Assembly: GCF_009914755.1 (NCBI RefSeq)
Contig: NC_060930.1
DNA from: the human T2T-CHM13v2.0 reference genome, Homo sapiens
DNA length: 64,000 nucleotides
Reading direction: 5' to 3' (one strand)
Shown here: in pieces, positions 29,930 through 40,754 of the stretch
Position numbering within the stretch: position 1 is the stretch's first letter
Layout: every line of letters starts with the position of its first letter
The notes under the pieces: generated by a model
Databases searched by the model: none
Seen by the model: the letters and a program-made list of their open reading frames with translations, nothing else
Told to the model about the DNA's origin: nothing
Translations under genes and position numbers: made by a program

Positions 29930-31957
29930 CTGAAATAATTTCAAGACAATGTTATTTTACAACCTGGCACAAATTCAATAAAGCTGCCAGAGGTACAAGA
30001 GATCTGATAACTAAGGCAGAAAGGTAAGTGATAATTTCAAATCTGCCCAAATTTGCAAAGCTGGTGACAGGCAGCCCCTGAGAAAACATATGATAGGTCT
30101 GTAAACTCGCCTGCCTGCATACCCACCTTAGAATTCTCTTTGTAGCACTGGTAACACCAGTCAGCCCGCAATCAGATGTGGGACTGGGAGAAGGGGAATA
30201 TTTGTTAGGCACAGCTAATCCTCAAGCCTCCTTTTAGCAGTTTTAACTCAAATCAAATTTACATGAGTGTTGATAAACACAGCTATGCCAAACAGCAAGT
30301 TTCACCTTCCCTCTTGCCTTTGTTCATTCTTGGATTGATTTATAAAGAATACTGAAAGAACAGATAAGGAAAGGGCAGGAAGGGGGAAAATGCAAACAAA
30401 CCAACAAGGAGACTGGACAGGCACAAACTACAGCATTAGCCCCTCAAATAATCTTGAGCTGGTGCAATTTACAGCCTAAATTGATCACTCTGACAACTCA
30501 CTGGGTACTATGCCTACTTACAGCCTGTGTCTATTACAATATTCTTGAAGACAGTATGCTAAAAATGCAATGGGGTTATAATATACAACCATTAAGACTA
30601 TTCTCCAAACATACACATACATACATTAGAGCATCTTTAAAAGAGCATGAAAACTCCACTATAAAGGAATTATGACATACAGAAACCAAAATAGCTTCTA
30701 TGGAAATAAAACCAAGTCCCAAAATACCAATAATACTTTACATTTGAAAACCCTTAATGTTTATAGGCAATGTTCTGTCACATAAACCGTTGGATTTGAT
30801 CTTTGAGCAAAAGGTATTCCAGCCTTTGCTTTTGTTTGTAAACAGAAAAAGAAAACTGCAGTACCTCTGGTCTTTTCTTTTCATATTGATATCACACATG
30901 AGGAAAGAGGAAGACAATGATGAGCTATCTACTAACCACCTGCATGTACAATCATGAAGACCACGAAGGATCACTGAAGGAGCAGAATCAGGAGCTGGGG
31001 GACCGGGGCCCCAGCTGCGTAAGCCTGGCCTGTCATTGGACCTGAGTGCCCCTGTGGGTAGAGGGACTTTGCCTATTTGTTCACACTGAATCCCAGCCCT
31101 ATAACACGGCCTGGCACATAGAAGAGCTTCAAAAATGCTTGTTGACTCAAAGACAAAGCAAACCACTTCACAAGGCAGCAGTAGGAATTATGTATGAAAG
31201 ATGTACCTGATACAAAAAGGGCACTTAATATTAATTTAATCTGAGTATTAAGGCTAATTTCACTTTTATTTTAAATACATTTGACTTATAATCTCCAAAA
31301 AAAAATCAATAATCTCTTTCCAAAGCCGATGGCATATCAGTAACTCTAATGAAATTTCAAGATCACTGTACATTATATGTATGGAAATATCACTCTGGAC
31401 CCCAAGAATATGTACAACTATTATTTGTCAATTAAAAAAATAAGAATTTCAACAAATTTTTAACTTTATTTTGAAGTCAGATCTAAGATAAATAACATTT
31501 AAATCATTTTTCTGAGAACTTCTATAATACAAGTTGTCCAATGTGTAAATTTAAAGTCCTTTCTTAAGAGGAAATATAAATATACACTACTTGAGCAGAC
31601 AGTATGTGATAAATGAAATTTAGTTTTATAAACTCAAAAGAAATTCTTCTAAAAGTATATGTATACACATATATGTATAAGTATATATACATATATGCAT
31701 AAATACATATTACATAAGATGATTTAAAATATCAAGCAACCCATTAGAGTATAAACAAACGTGAAAAGTAACTGGTAGAAACACTAGACAGTTTTACATA
31801 AGAGGAAGGAAGGACTCGATGACAGACCCCTAAGCTTCTGTGAGTCTGTAAGCACTGGATCTTTTTTCCCTCCATCAATTCCTGAATATCTTCACCCCTG
31901 GAGAGTCAATTTAAACATTTTATATATAAATTGGTTTGAGTTCATTGACAGAAATAC

Positions 31958-32015
31958 CTGTTCCTCCAGTGAGAGCTCCCTTGGCTATATCACCGTTTCT
32001 CTGATCACTGGTTTT
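31958..32015 (-). CDS. MAP7: MAP7 exon 15 (58 nt)
   Basis: cgtag|AAAACC ... ACAG|gtatt; KTSDQRNGDIAKGALTGGT. Confidence 0.96.
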
Positions 32016-32118
32016 CTACGAAGAAGAAAAAAAGAGGACTTTTAAAAATTAGAGTTACAAGTGAAAATGAAAAAGATAAAAGCATACAAAAGTAGTTAGA
32101 AAACGGCCATGTCAATAC

Positions 32119-32169
32119 CTTATCTGTAGCTTCTGTTCTCCTGGTTCTTTTCATAATCTCCTCAAGTCG
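32119..32169 (-). CDS. MAP7: MAP7 exon 14 (51 nt)
   Basis: tatag|CGACTT ... AAG|gtatt; RLEEIMKRTRRTEATDK (conserved MAP7-family motif). Confidence 0.97.
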
Positions 32170-32291
32170 CTATAGGAAAGGAAGAATTGAGCAAGAAGAT
32201 TAGACACAGAAAAAAAGCCAGCCTGGCATATTTAACTGATGAAATAGATTATTTAAAATGGTCTGTTATTTTGGAAAAATACAATATGCAC

Positions 32292-32579
32292 TTTTTTTTT
32301 TTTTTTTGAGATGGAGTCTTGCCCTGTCACGCAGGCTGGAGTGCCGTGTGGCAAGCTCTCAGTTCACTGTAGCCTCTGCCTCCTGGGCGCAAGCTGCCTC
32401 AGTCTCCCAGGTAGCTGGGATTACAGGCGCCCGCCACCACGCCCAGCTAATTTTTACATTTTTAGTAAAGACAGGGTTTCACCATGTTGGCCAGGCTGGT
32501 CTCGAACTCCTGACTTCGGTGATCTACCTGCCGTGGCCTCCCAAAGTGCTGGGATTACAGGCATGAGCCACCCGGCCCA
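32292..32579 (-). mobile_element. AluS
   Basis: Alu consensus with poly-T. Confidence 0.9.
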
Positions 32580-32834
32580 GCAGTGCTGCTTTGTCTTAAC
32601 TGGGGTTATTCAAGAAAGTTGGAACTGCCTTAAGCTACATGAAGTGGAAGTAAGTGTTTTTTGGTGACGGCTAAAACACCGAGAGAGATTTCTTTGCAGG
32701 AGATTGTTATCACTGAGGGGGCTACTAGTTTATGTGGCAAGGGTAGAACACGCGTTTTCTGACGGCCAGGGCTAGTCTCTGGGTCTTAGAGGTGCAAGTT
32801 CGCGTCCCGGGCCTCTCTACTAAGACGCAGCTAC

Positions 32835-32936
32835 CTTCTTTCTCTCCAGGCGCTCTTGCTCTTCTCTCTGGAAATGCTTCTCTCGTTCCTGCCGGACCCT
32901 CTCTGCTTCTTCACGAACGCGAGCTTCTTCTTCTTT
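32835..32936 (-). CDS. MAP7: MAP7 exon 13 (102 nt)
   Basis: ttcag|AAAGAA ... AAG|gtag; KEEEARVREEAERVRQEREKHFQREEQERLERKK. Confidence 0.97.
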
Positions 32937-33142
32937 CTGAAAACAGAAGGTCGGCGTCTGCCTCTGACAAACAGGCGGGCTGCCCGGGTCTCCCAGGGGG
33001 TGCCCAGAGGTGGGGGCGAGGTGGCGGATGGAGAAGGTGTGGAAAGCGGGAGCACCAGCAGTCCAGTCCGCACCCTCCTCTGCTGGGCTGGGGCGTCTCC
33101 CTGCGGGACTGGGGCCGGGGCCAGGGTGGGGTGCGGCCGCAC

Positions 33143-33317
33143 CTGCCTCTGGGCGCGCTCTGCCTCCTCCCACTCGCGCAGCGCCCGCTCCTCCGCCTGC
33201 CGCTGCAGCTGCTCCTCCTTCTCCCGGGCCTGCTCGGCTTCCAGCCTGCGCGACTCCTCCTCACGGCGAGTCGTCCTCTCTTCAGCCACACGTTGAGCCA
33301 ATTCCTCTCTCTTTTGT
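33143..33317 (-). CDS. MAP7: MAP7 exon 12 (175 nt)
   Basis: ttccag|ACAAA ... GCAG|gtgcg; QKREELAQRVAEERTTRREEESRRLEAEQAREKEEQLQRQAEERALREWEEAERAQRQ. Confidence 0.97.
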
Positions 33318-34276
33318 CTGGAAAAAGACAGAACAAAACCAAAACCAAAGACACCTGAGGAGAAATCTTTGAAGAGAGGCCTCCGTCGGTGGTTCTGTAG
33401 GGCGGTTCCTTTAGGCGTCCAGTAGAAAAATCCCCACTGGATGCCTTCACCACTGCTAAGGGACAAAGCGCGAAGCCACCCTTAGACTTCCTCCCGCCTT
33501 GCCAGCTGCATTGCTGTCCGTGCTAAATAGAAGCAACGTGTAACCACCAATATCTTGGGGAGAGCTGGCTTTTTGGAAGGAATTTAACTATTTTTTAAAG
33601 GCTCTGACTTGTTTAATTCAAATAATGTGACTTCTTAGTAATGAATTTGAAGCACCCCAGCCAAAGGGAATCTTTGTAAATAAATAAGGGTCACAGTGTT
33701 CTGTCACAGGACAGGAGGAAGACAGCCATGTAAGCTCCCTGTTGGAGCCAAGGGCAAGGCATGGCCAAGATGGCGGTCCAGCGAGTGCATGAGATCCTTC
33801 CCCAGGGTACAGTTGTGTTCGTTTGAAGAACAATTATATTGACATTCGTCTTATTAGGCCCAGAAGATGACCAATTAAACAAACTGTTTCTGGAATACTG
33901 CCTGGCAGGCAATCATGGGGCATGTAAAGATCCCACCTGGCTACCCTCCGAGAGGAGTTTTATCTGGAAAGGAGAAAACATGAACCCTTATTATGCAGCC
34001 TTAATGTGATAATTACAAAGATAAAACGGAAACCTGGAGATTGGAGATGTGTTAAGTAAAAAAGCAGACTGTACAATTGTACCTCTGCTGTGGTTATAAT
34101 TATGTAAATATGTATATGTATGTATATATACACACACACTCCCATACTGTTGAGAGACTAGAAAGGACCACCCAAAATGTACACTATTACTGAAAATTGG
34201 TATGATTATGGATTTTTTTTTTCTTTAAAGCTTTCTCCATCAATGTTGTTGCACTGTCATTAAAATAAGAAAACAT

Positions 34277-34405
34277 GGCTGGGCATGGTGGCTCATGTCT
34301 GCAATCTCAACACTTTGGGAGGTTCAGGTGGGAGGATCCCTTGAGCCCAAGAGTTTGAGACCAGCCTGGGCAATATAGTGAGACCCCATTTCTATTTAAA
34401 AAAAA
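34277..34405 (+). mobile_element. FLAM monomer
   Basis: Left-arm-only Alu with A tail. Confidence 0.8.
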
Positions 34406-34587
34406 GAAGAAGATGTGATTTAAAAAACAAACTGCTTAGTAGTCATAGGAAAATTAGGTAAGAGTAATCCTGAAAGAACTAATCCATTCACTTTCATCAG
34501 TATTATCACCTCCTCCCTCTCAGAGGGGTGATGAGTTAATCCAAAGTATCACTGACACCATGGTGTGGAGCAATGTCTCCCATTTAC

Positions 34588-34840
34588 CTTTCAAGCTCTT
34601 CCTGCTCCCTCCTCTCCCTTTCTTCCTTTTCTCTCTGCTCTCGGGCCAGCCGCCTCTTCTCAGCTAGAAGCCTTGTGGCCTCCTCTGGGTCGGTGGTGCC
34701 TGCAGAAGTCTTAACAGAAGCACTGGCATTCACAGTGGATGACGGGGCTGAGACCATGGCTGGGGTGGGGACCGGGGCTGGAGCTGGGGCCGAGGCTGGA
34801 GCTGGGGCCGAGGCTGGAGCTGGGGCCATGGCTGGAGCAG
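34588..34840 (-). CDS. MAP7: MAP7 exon 11 (253 nt), Pro-Ala repeat and start of the C-terminal MAP7 (kinesin-1-binding) domain
   Basis: gtgcag|CTGCT ... GAAAG|gtaa; AAPAMAPAPASAPAPAS...SAGTTDPEEATRLLAEKRRLAREQREKEERERREQEELER. Confidence 0.97.
34776..34838. repeat. Coding 18-bp tandem repeat (about 3.5 copies) encoding APAPAS
   Basis: ggctggagctggggccga units at 34776, 34794, 34812 and a partial copy at 34830. Confidence 0.9.
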
Positions 34841-35586
34841 CTGCACAAATAGGTACAAGGAGAAAACCAGTTGGAAACAAAATCCAAAGAACAAAACCAA
34901 AACTAGCATTCCCCACATCCAAGGCCTAGAATTTACCATTATGAAAGAAAAGGGAATGTTTATTACTGTGTGTTCTCACGGTTTCACTATGTTCTATCTG
35001 TAACCAAGCAACAGATAAAAAAAATCAGTATGTGTAAGTAAGACATCCAACAAAGCTGACACTCTGTCACCAAGTCTTATTTTTATACCAGTTAAATCAG
35101 TTAACATATATTGAATGTGTACAAAGCCTCATGTTAGAGTCTGTGGGGAGTTATACACTGAGCAAAAAGAAGATGAGATCATCCATTTGTCTTTTATTGC
35201 ATTTGAAAATTCCTACTCTTCGGTAACCATTCATTACTAGAGCAGCATCCTCAGCATCCATGCCATGAGTCCAGATTCAGCCTGGGAAGATGATACCCTA
35301 TGAAGAGGACCCTTTTGTCTCCCCAGAGCTGTCTCTAGGTCTGAGATGGGAGGAGCTCGGGGCCTCTTTGGGAGCTGGTGCTCATTCTGCTTATATATCC
35401 CAAGCTGCCAAGATGCAAGATGGGAGCAGAAGTTCTCTGGCCTTACTCGGATTTAGGAAGATGACCTAGAGAGCTGGTGCCCCAGAAGCCCCACACTGAT
35501 GCTCACAATTCTGCACCACAGTGAGCAAGGCACCAGCAAGTGCAAGCTCTGGCCCCTGGCTGCTCCAGCCCCTCCTTTTGAGAGTC

Positions 35587-35956
35587 ACATTTCTACTTCT
35601 GCTTCCACAGACTTTTCTCGGCCATCATGATGCTCTAGCCCTTCTTTCCTTCCTTTTTCCATGGAAACAAATACTGGACTCCTCCTTTTTCTAACATTTT
35701 AACCTGTTTTGAATCATCTCTTCTTTCTTTGCCCCACCCTCTATCTTCAAATTAAGTCTTTTGAATGAAGACAATTCTCAACTAGAAATATTGAATTCAC
35801 AGCTCCAGGTGGTTTTAAATTTCTAAATAGCATCTGGCTAGCCTGGCAGAGGTGAGAACCAGTGGGCCTTCTGGAAAAAAATTCTGACTTCTATCAAGCA
35901 CACAGGCTATACCAGGGGTCCTTAAACTCCAGTATGCACAGGAATAGCATTGCCAG
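35587..35956 (+). repeat. Local direct duplication, copy 1
   Basis: Colinear with 37273-37661, e.g. ccccaccctctatcttcaaattaagtctt and attctgacttctatcaagcacacaggcta. Confidence 0.95.
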
Positions 35957-36111
35957 ATTTAACTGGCCACCCTGTGTTCTATCTGGCAACCATGTTTAGG
36001 AATCAACTGACAAGCTTAGTATCTTTCAGAGTCCTCATATCCACCACTACATATTCTGACTTAGTAAGTCTGAGGTAAAAACCAAGGGTCTGTATGTCAA
36101 AACATTATAGA

Positions 36112-37136
36112 TGTGGTGGTTTAAAAATATTTCCAGTTTTCCTCAGCTGCTGCCAAGCTGCACTCGGTCCCTCTGAGGAATGTAGGGCCACATTGAAGTG
36201 GAACCCTCACTTCATCTGGCAACTAGCACCTTGCCTGGCAGTGCCAGCCCCACACTTGCTCACACCATGGCCTCTGTTTCTGAGCTCGCCTGCATTCTGC
36301 ATAAGGCTCGGCCCTCATTCTGCATGAGGGTGAGGTGACCGTCAAGGAGGATAAGATCAATGCCCTCATTAAAGCAGCTGGTGTAAATGTTGAACCTTTT
36401 TGGACTGGCTTGTTTGCAAAAGCCTTGGCCAATGTTGACATGGGGAGCCTCATCTGCAATGGAGGAGCTCGTGGCCCTGCACCAGCAGAAGGTCCTGCCC
36501 CCTCCACCAATGCTGTTCCAGCTGAGGAGAAGAAATAGAAGCAAAGAAAAGAGAGTCTGAGGAGTCCAAGGAGGATATGGGCTTTGGTCTTTTTGACTAA
36601 ACCTCTTTTGTAACAAGTTCAATAAAAAGCTGAACTCTTAAAAAAAATTCTTTGAAAACTCTCTCTTCAAAAGGTGGAGACTATGTTTCTCCTTGAGTGT
36701 GAGTTCCACCTAGTGACTTGCTTCTACTTAACAGAATGTGGCAGAAACATTGGTGTGCGACTTCTGAGACTGGGTCATAAAATACATTGTACATTCCTCC
36801 TCATTCTCTCTTCCAGGTCACTCACTCTGGCAGAAGCCAGCAGAGCAAGCAGATAGATGAGGACATTCAGCAATAATATGGAGCGGTCCATGTGTGGAGA
36901 AGCTGAGGCCACCCGCCCCCGGCCTTGTATGTAAGCCACCTTTCAGATCTGGTTGAGTCTTGAGATGACTGGAGCTCTAGTGGACAGCTTGACTGCAATC
37001 TCATGAGCGGTCCTGAGCAGGGACCACCCAGCTGTGCTGCTGCCAAATTCCTGACCCAAGAATCCATGTGATATGATAAATGTTTGTTGTTGTTTCATGC
37101 TGCTAATTCATTATGCAGCAATAGATAATGAATACA
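36112..37136 (+). mobile_element. MLT1 (F/G-like) MaLR LTR hosting the RPLP1 retrocopy
   Basis: tgtggtggtttaaaaatat start resumes after the pseudogene as aaattctttga...aggtggag...; ends gcagcaatagataatgaataca. Confidence 0.7.
36137..36647 (+). pseudogene. Processed pseudogene of RPLP1 (60S acidic ribosomal protein P1)
   Basis: 5' TOP-like ttttcctcagc start; ATG at 36267 MASVSELACI; TVKEDKINALIKAAGVNVEPFW..GLFAKAL; DMGFGLFD-TAA at 36598-36600; AATAAA at 36621; short A tail; intronless; frameshift and premature TAG. Confidence 0.95.
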
Positions 37137-37272
37137 ACAGGTGATTTTGATGCAGGTGCTCTGAACACATTTTGTGAAATGGACTCAGCCAATAAAAGCA
37201 CTGAGAACCTACACCTGAATTCACGTGTTTGTGGCTCTATCAATAGGCTTTTGGATGTATGATTTGAGATTT

Positions 37273-37661
37273 ACATTTCTACTTCTGCTTCCACAGATTT
37301 TTTTCATGGCTATTATGATGTTCTATGACCCTCCTTTCCTTTCTTTCTTTTTCCATGGAAGCAAACACTGGACTCCTCCTTTCTCTACCATTTTCACCTG
37401 TCTTGAATCATCTCCTCTTTCTTGCCCCACCCTCTATCTTCAAATTAAGTCTTAAGTAGAAAACTTTGGAATGAAGACAGTTTTCAACTAGAGATATTGA
37501 ACTTCAAGCTCCAGGTGGTTTTACATTTCTAAGTAGCATCTGGTTACCCTGGCAGAGGTGAAAACCAGTGGGTCTTCTGGAAAAAATTCTGACTTCTATC
37601 AAGCACACAGGCTACGCCAGGGGTCCTTAAACTCCAGTATGCACAGGAATAGTGTTGCCAG
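37273..37661 (+). repeat. Local direct duplication, copy 2
   Basis: Colinear with 35587-35956, with scattered substitutions and small indels. Confidence 0.95.
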
Positions 37662-37872
37662 GTAATTTTTTACTTAGCGTTGCTAAGTAAAAAACTATTT
37701 TTAAGCAATGCGAAGTTAAAATATTATACTTAAGGAAAGGTATTAAACTTAACCTTAGAGTAAAATTTCCAAGTCTCCAATAAAAGAAGAAAAGGAAAAC
37801 AAAAAAAGCTTCATCAAAACAGTGCGGGAGAAAAAGAGAGAGCACCCAGACCACAGGTGAGTTTGCTCTTAC

Positions 37873-38156
37873 CAGGGCCAACTTCTGGTTCAGCAGGTGT
37901 CCGCTCTTCAACTGTGGCTTCTTCTACCTTCACTAAAGGTGCTCTGCCCTTTAGTGAGGGCTCATTGGCAACTTTCTGAGGTTCCTTCTCAGGATCTTTC
38001 TTCTCAGGCTCCACTTTGACTTCCCTCTTGACAGGGCGGATGTTGCCGGGGGATGGGGGCCGGACCTGAGCAGGAGCAGCTTTGACTGAGCCGGGTGGCA
38101 AGGAGGATGTCGGTCTGGGTGTGCCAGGCAAATGAGGAAGAGACTTGGACGGAAGC
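37873..38156 (-). CDS. MAP7: MAP7 exon 10 (284 nt), Pro-rich linker
   Basis: ccag|GCTTCC ... CCTG|gtaag; WLPSKSLPHLPGTPRPTSS...EERTPAEPEVGP. Confidence 0.97.
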
Positions 38157-38464
38157 CTGGGCCACAAACAAACAAGGCAGACAAAAGGGGACACATGAGA
38201 ACAGGCTTGCCAGAACCTAGAACACGACTCGATGGAAGAGAATGCAGATATTTAGCTCCGTGTATTTGTTTTTTATGTGGTAGATACAGAAATAGAGTTG
38301 CTTTAGGGAACCATTCCAATTTCTCTTTTTTCTTTCCTTTTGGGAAGAATGCTATTCCCTAAGTCAAAGCCAAACAGCATGAGAAGAACAGTTCACTTTC
38401 AGAGGAGAGAGCTACTAATTCTCTAACATGAAACAACCCAGCCAGCCACTTATATTTCACTTAC

Positions 38465-38577
38465 CAAAGTCGGGAGCGAGCTGGTTGTCTTGCTTTGGGA
38501 TTAGATGGAGATACAGCCCTTCGGGTGCCAGATGTGAGGAAGAGTACATTTTCTCTCTCTCTTTCTTTTTTATAGCT
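38465..38577 (-). CDS. MAP7: MAP7 exon 9 (113 nt)
   Basis: ttag|AGCTAT ... CTTTG|gtaag; SYKKERERENVLFLTSGTRRAVSPSNPKARQPARSRL. Confidence 0.96.
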
Positions 38578-40754
38578 CTAAGTTCAGAGAAACTCAATAG
38601 TTAGATTTTTCCACAAGCGAGGCAAACACACTCACAATACTCAACAGTGGAGCTAGAAACCATTGAATGACTTTTAAGAAATTTTCTTAGCTATGTCACA
38701 TATACCCATTCCATCTCAACAAAAGGCCCTTGTTAGCTTAACACTGAACAGTATAACTGAATTAACACAATGTGACACTAATAAGGTGATTCCGGATGTG
38801 TTGGAGTCATATTTGTCAAAAAGCATATGTGTGTACATACTTTTAGAAAGCACCTATACTTTGTGTCTAAAATTAATTACCTGAAGCAAAACGTCCCATT
38901 CTGGTTTATCCCCCACAAATGTCAAATGTTACTTTCATTTTTTAAAAAATTTTAATTAAAACACATCTTTTTCTTTTTAATTCTTTAAATTTTCCCCCCA
39001 AACACACTATATCTCAGTCTTTAAAAAAATTATATGCCTGCTATATTAGACATAAACTCATTTTTTTCTTTTATATTGATGTTGTATAATGGAATCAAGT
39101 CCTTCTTCACCTACTGTCCTCTTGCAGCAATAGATAACTGATACAATAGGTGATTTTGAAGAAAAGTCAGGTTTAAAGTGAGGAATTTCAGCTATTTATT
39201 TTTTTGCTCTTCCTTACCAGGAATAAACTGAAATCTGAAGGTGGGCCAAAACATCACCCCTCCCTGATTGCCAACTAGGAATTCAGCTTGAGAGATGACA
39301 CTTTCCTAAGTCAAAATGGGCAAAGGGAAGCCCAGAGAAGTGTTCCACTACTCTAAAGTCAATGAAGACCAAAACAAACAAACAAAAATTGTACAGAGCA
39401 AAACAGACCCATTCCAAGTATCTGAAACCTGACAATGCCCTCAGGTGGGAGGGGCACGTGCTGGAGGCACCTATGTGAACACCTGTCAGGAGGGCAGACT
39501 GCAAGCGTACATGGGAAGGGGCAGAGTATTATCTAGCCCCAGGTCACATGAACTAGTACTGTACCTTTTCTTCTCTCCTTTTCTGCCTGGCTCAAGCATC
39601 GACTCCTCTTTTCCTTCCTTTCCCTTTTGTTCCCCTCAGTGTCCCTTTTAATTGCTTCCCTCCATTTTCCTTAGCAGCATCCTAGTTGATGGTCTGGGTT
39701 ATCAGAGGAGCAAAAACATTTAAGTGTCAAATAATGCTCATTGTCTCCCTGGGATTTCTAAACAGAAAAAATGAAGAAAGAGGCAGAGAAGAGCTTCACA
39801 AGGTGTGTGCCAGCTCTGCATCATTTCCAGCTGCTCAACCACCATTTCTCCCATTTTAGGTCCCCAAAAGTAGGAGGTGGGGCCTCACAGAGCTGCTGTG
39901 GGCTTTGGGTATCAAAAGCTGCAGCCACCATATGGGGCACTCCTGGCTGGTGTACAGGGTGGCATGCCCAGGTCTTTTCCCAGGGGAGACTGGGGTTAAG
40001 TACCTCAAGTAGCCCTTCTTTTTTTTTTCTTTTTCTCAAAACATTTTGATTTGGCTGAAATCAGATCAATGGGTGATGTAAATGGGAAAAAGACTCAAGA
40101 GGGACAATTTTTGATGTGGCGTGGGGGTGGTTGGGGATTATTATTATCTGTGCCTTGATAATACAGGGATCAGGGAATGAACCTATATAAAGGTATATAA
40201 TCCTAGAATTACAGTACCTTTGAGCCAATTCTTTCTTTTTTAAAAGTTATCTCCTTTAATCACCTAGGGGTAGGTGAGCAGAGGAGGAATGGTTTGGAAA
40301 AACACTCGATACTTAACACCCTCCCAACCAGGGAGTTTTTTTTTTTCTTTCTTTTTTAACCCTTTCAGTCCTTTTGTTACTCTTATATCCAACCACCCAT
40401 TTGGGTACCACACATGTAAAGGCACTCCCGATTCTCATCCTGATCTGAGTTAATAGCCCACCATCTATACAATCATCTTTCCTATTAATAGTTTCCACAA
40501 TGCTGAGGGGGAACACATACTCAGCAAGTCAATGGTCTGGGCAACATATCAGCAGGAAAAGGACTTTAATTTTATAATTAAGGTAGGTTTAGAATACAGT
40601 ATAAATATCCTCCAACAGAGACGATTCACTGACAGATACTTTAACGCAGTGCTGTTTAATAGAACTTTCTGATATGATGAAGATGTTCTAAATTTAGCCA
40701 CTAACCACATTTGCCTATTTGAATTTAAATCTAAATTAATTCAAATTAAGTAAA

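Larger units (their letters stand above)
32740..33480. promoter_or_regulatory. Intragenic CpG-rich island over MAP7 exons 12-13
   Basis: Sharp rise in GC content and CpG density (cgcg, gcggccgc, ccgg) relative to the AT-rich flanks, including intronic sequence. Confidence 0.75.

Noticed and set aside
32792-33466. Six long overlapping ORFs on both strands
   Set aside because: Result of high GC content and off-frame, antisense or intron read-through of MAP7 exons 12-13; intron 12 (206 nt) is not 3n, so retention shifts the frame.
36335-36538. 67-aa RPLP1-like ORF as a functional gene
   Set aside because: GTG start, upstream frameshift, premature TAG before the conserved DMGFGLFD terminus, and intronless with an A tail.
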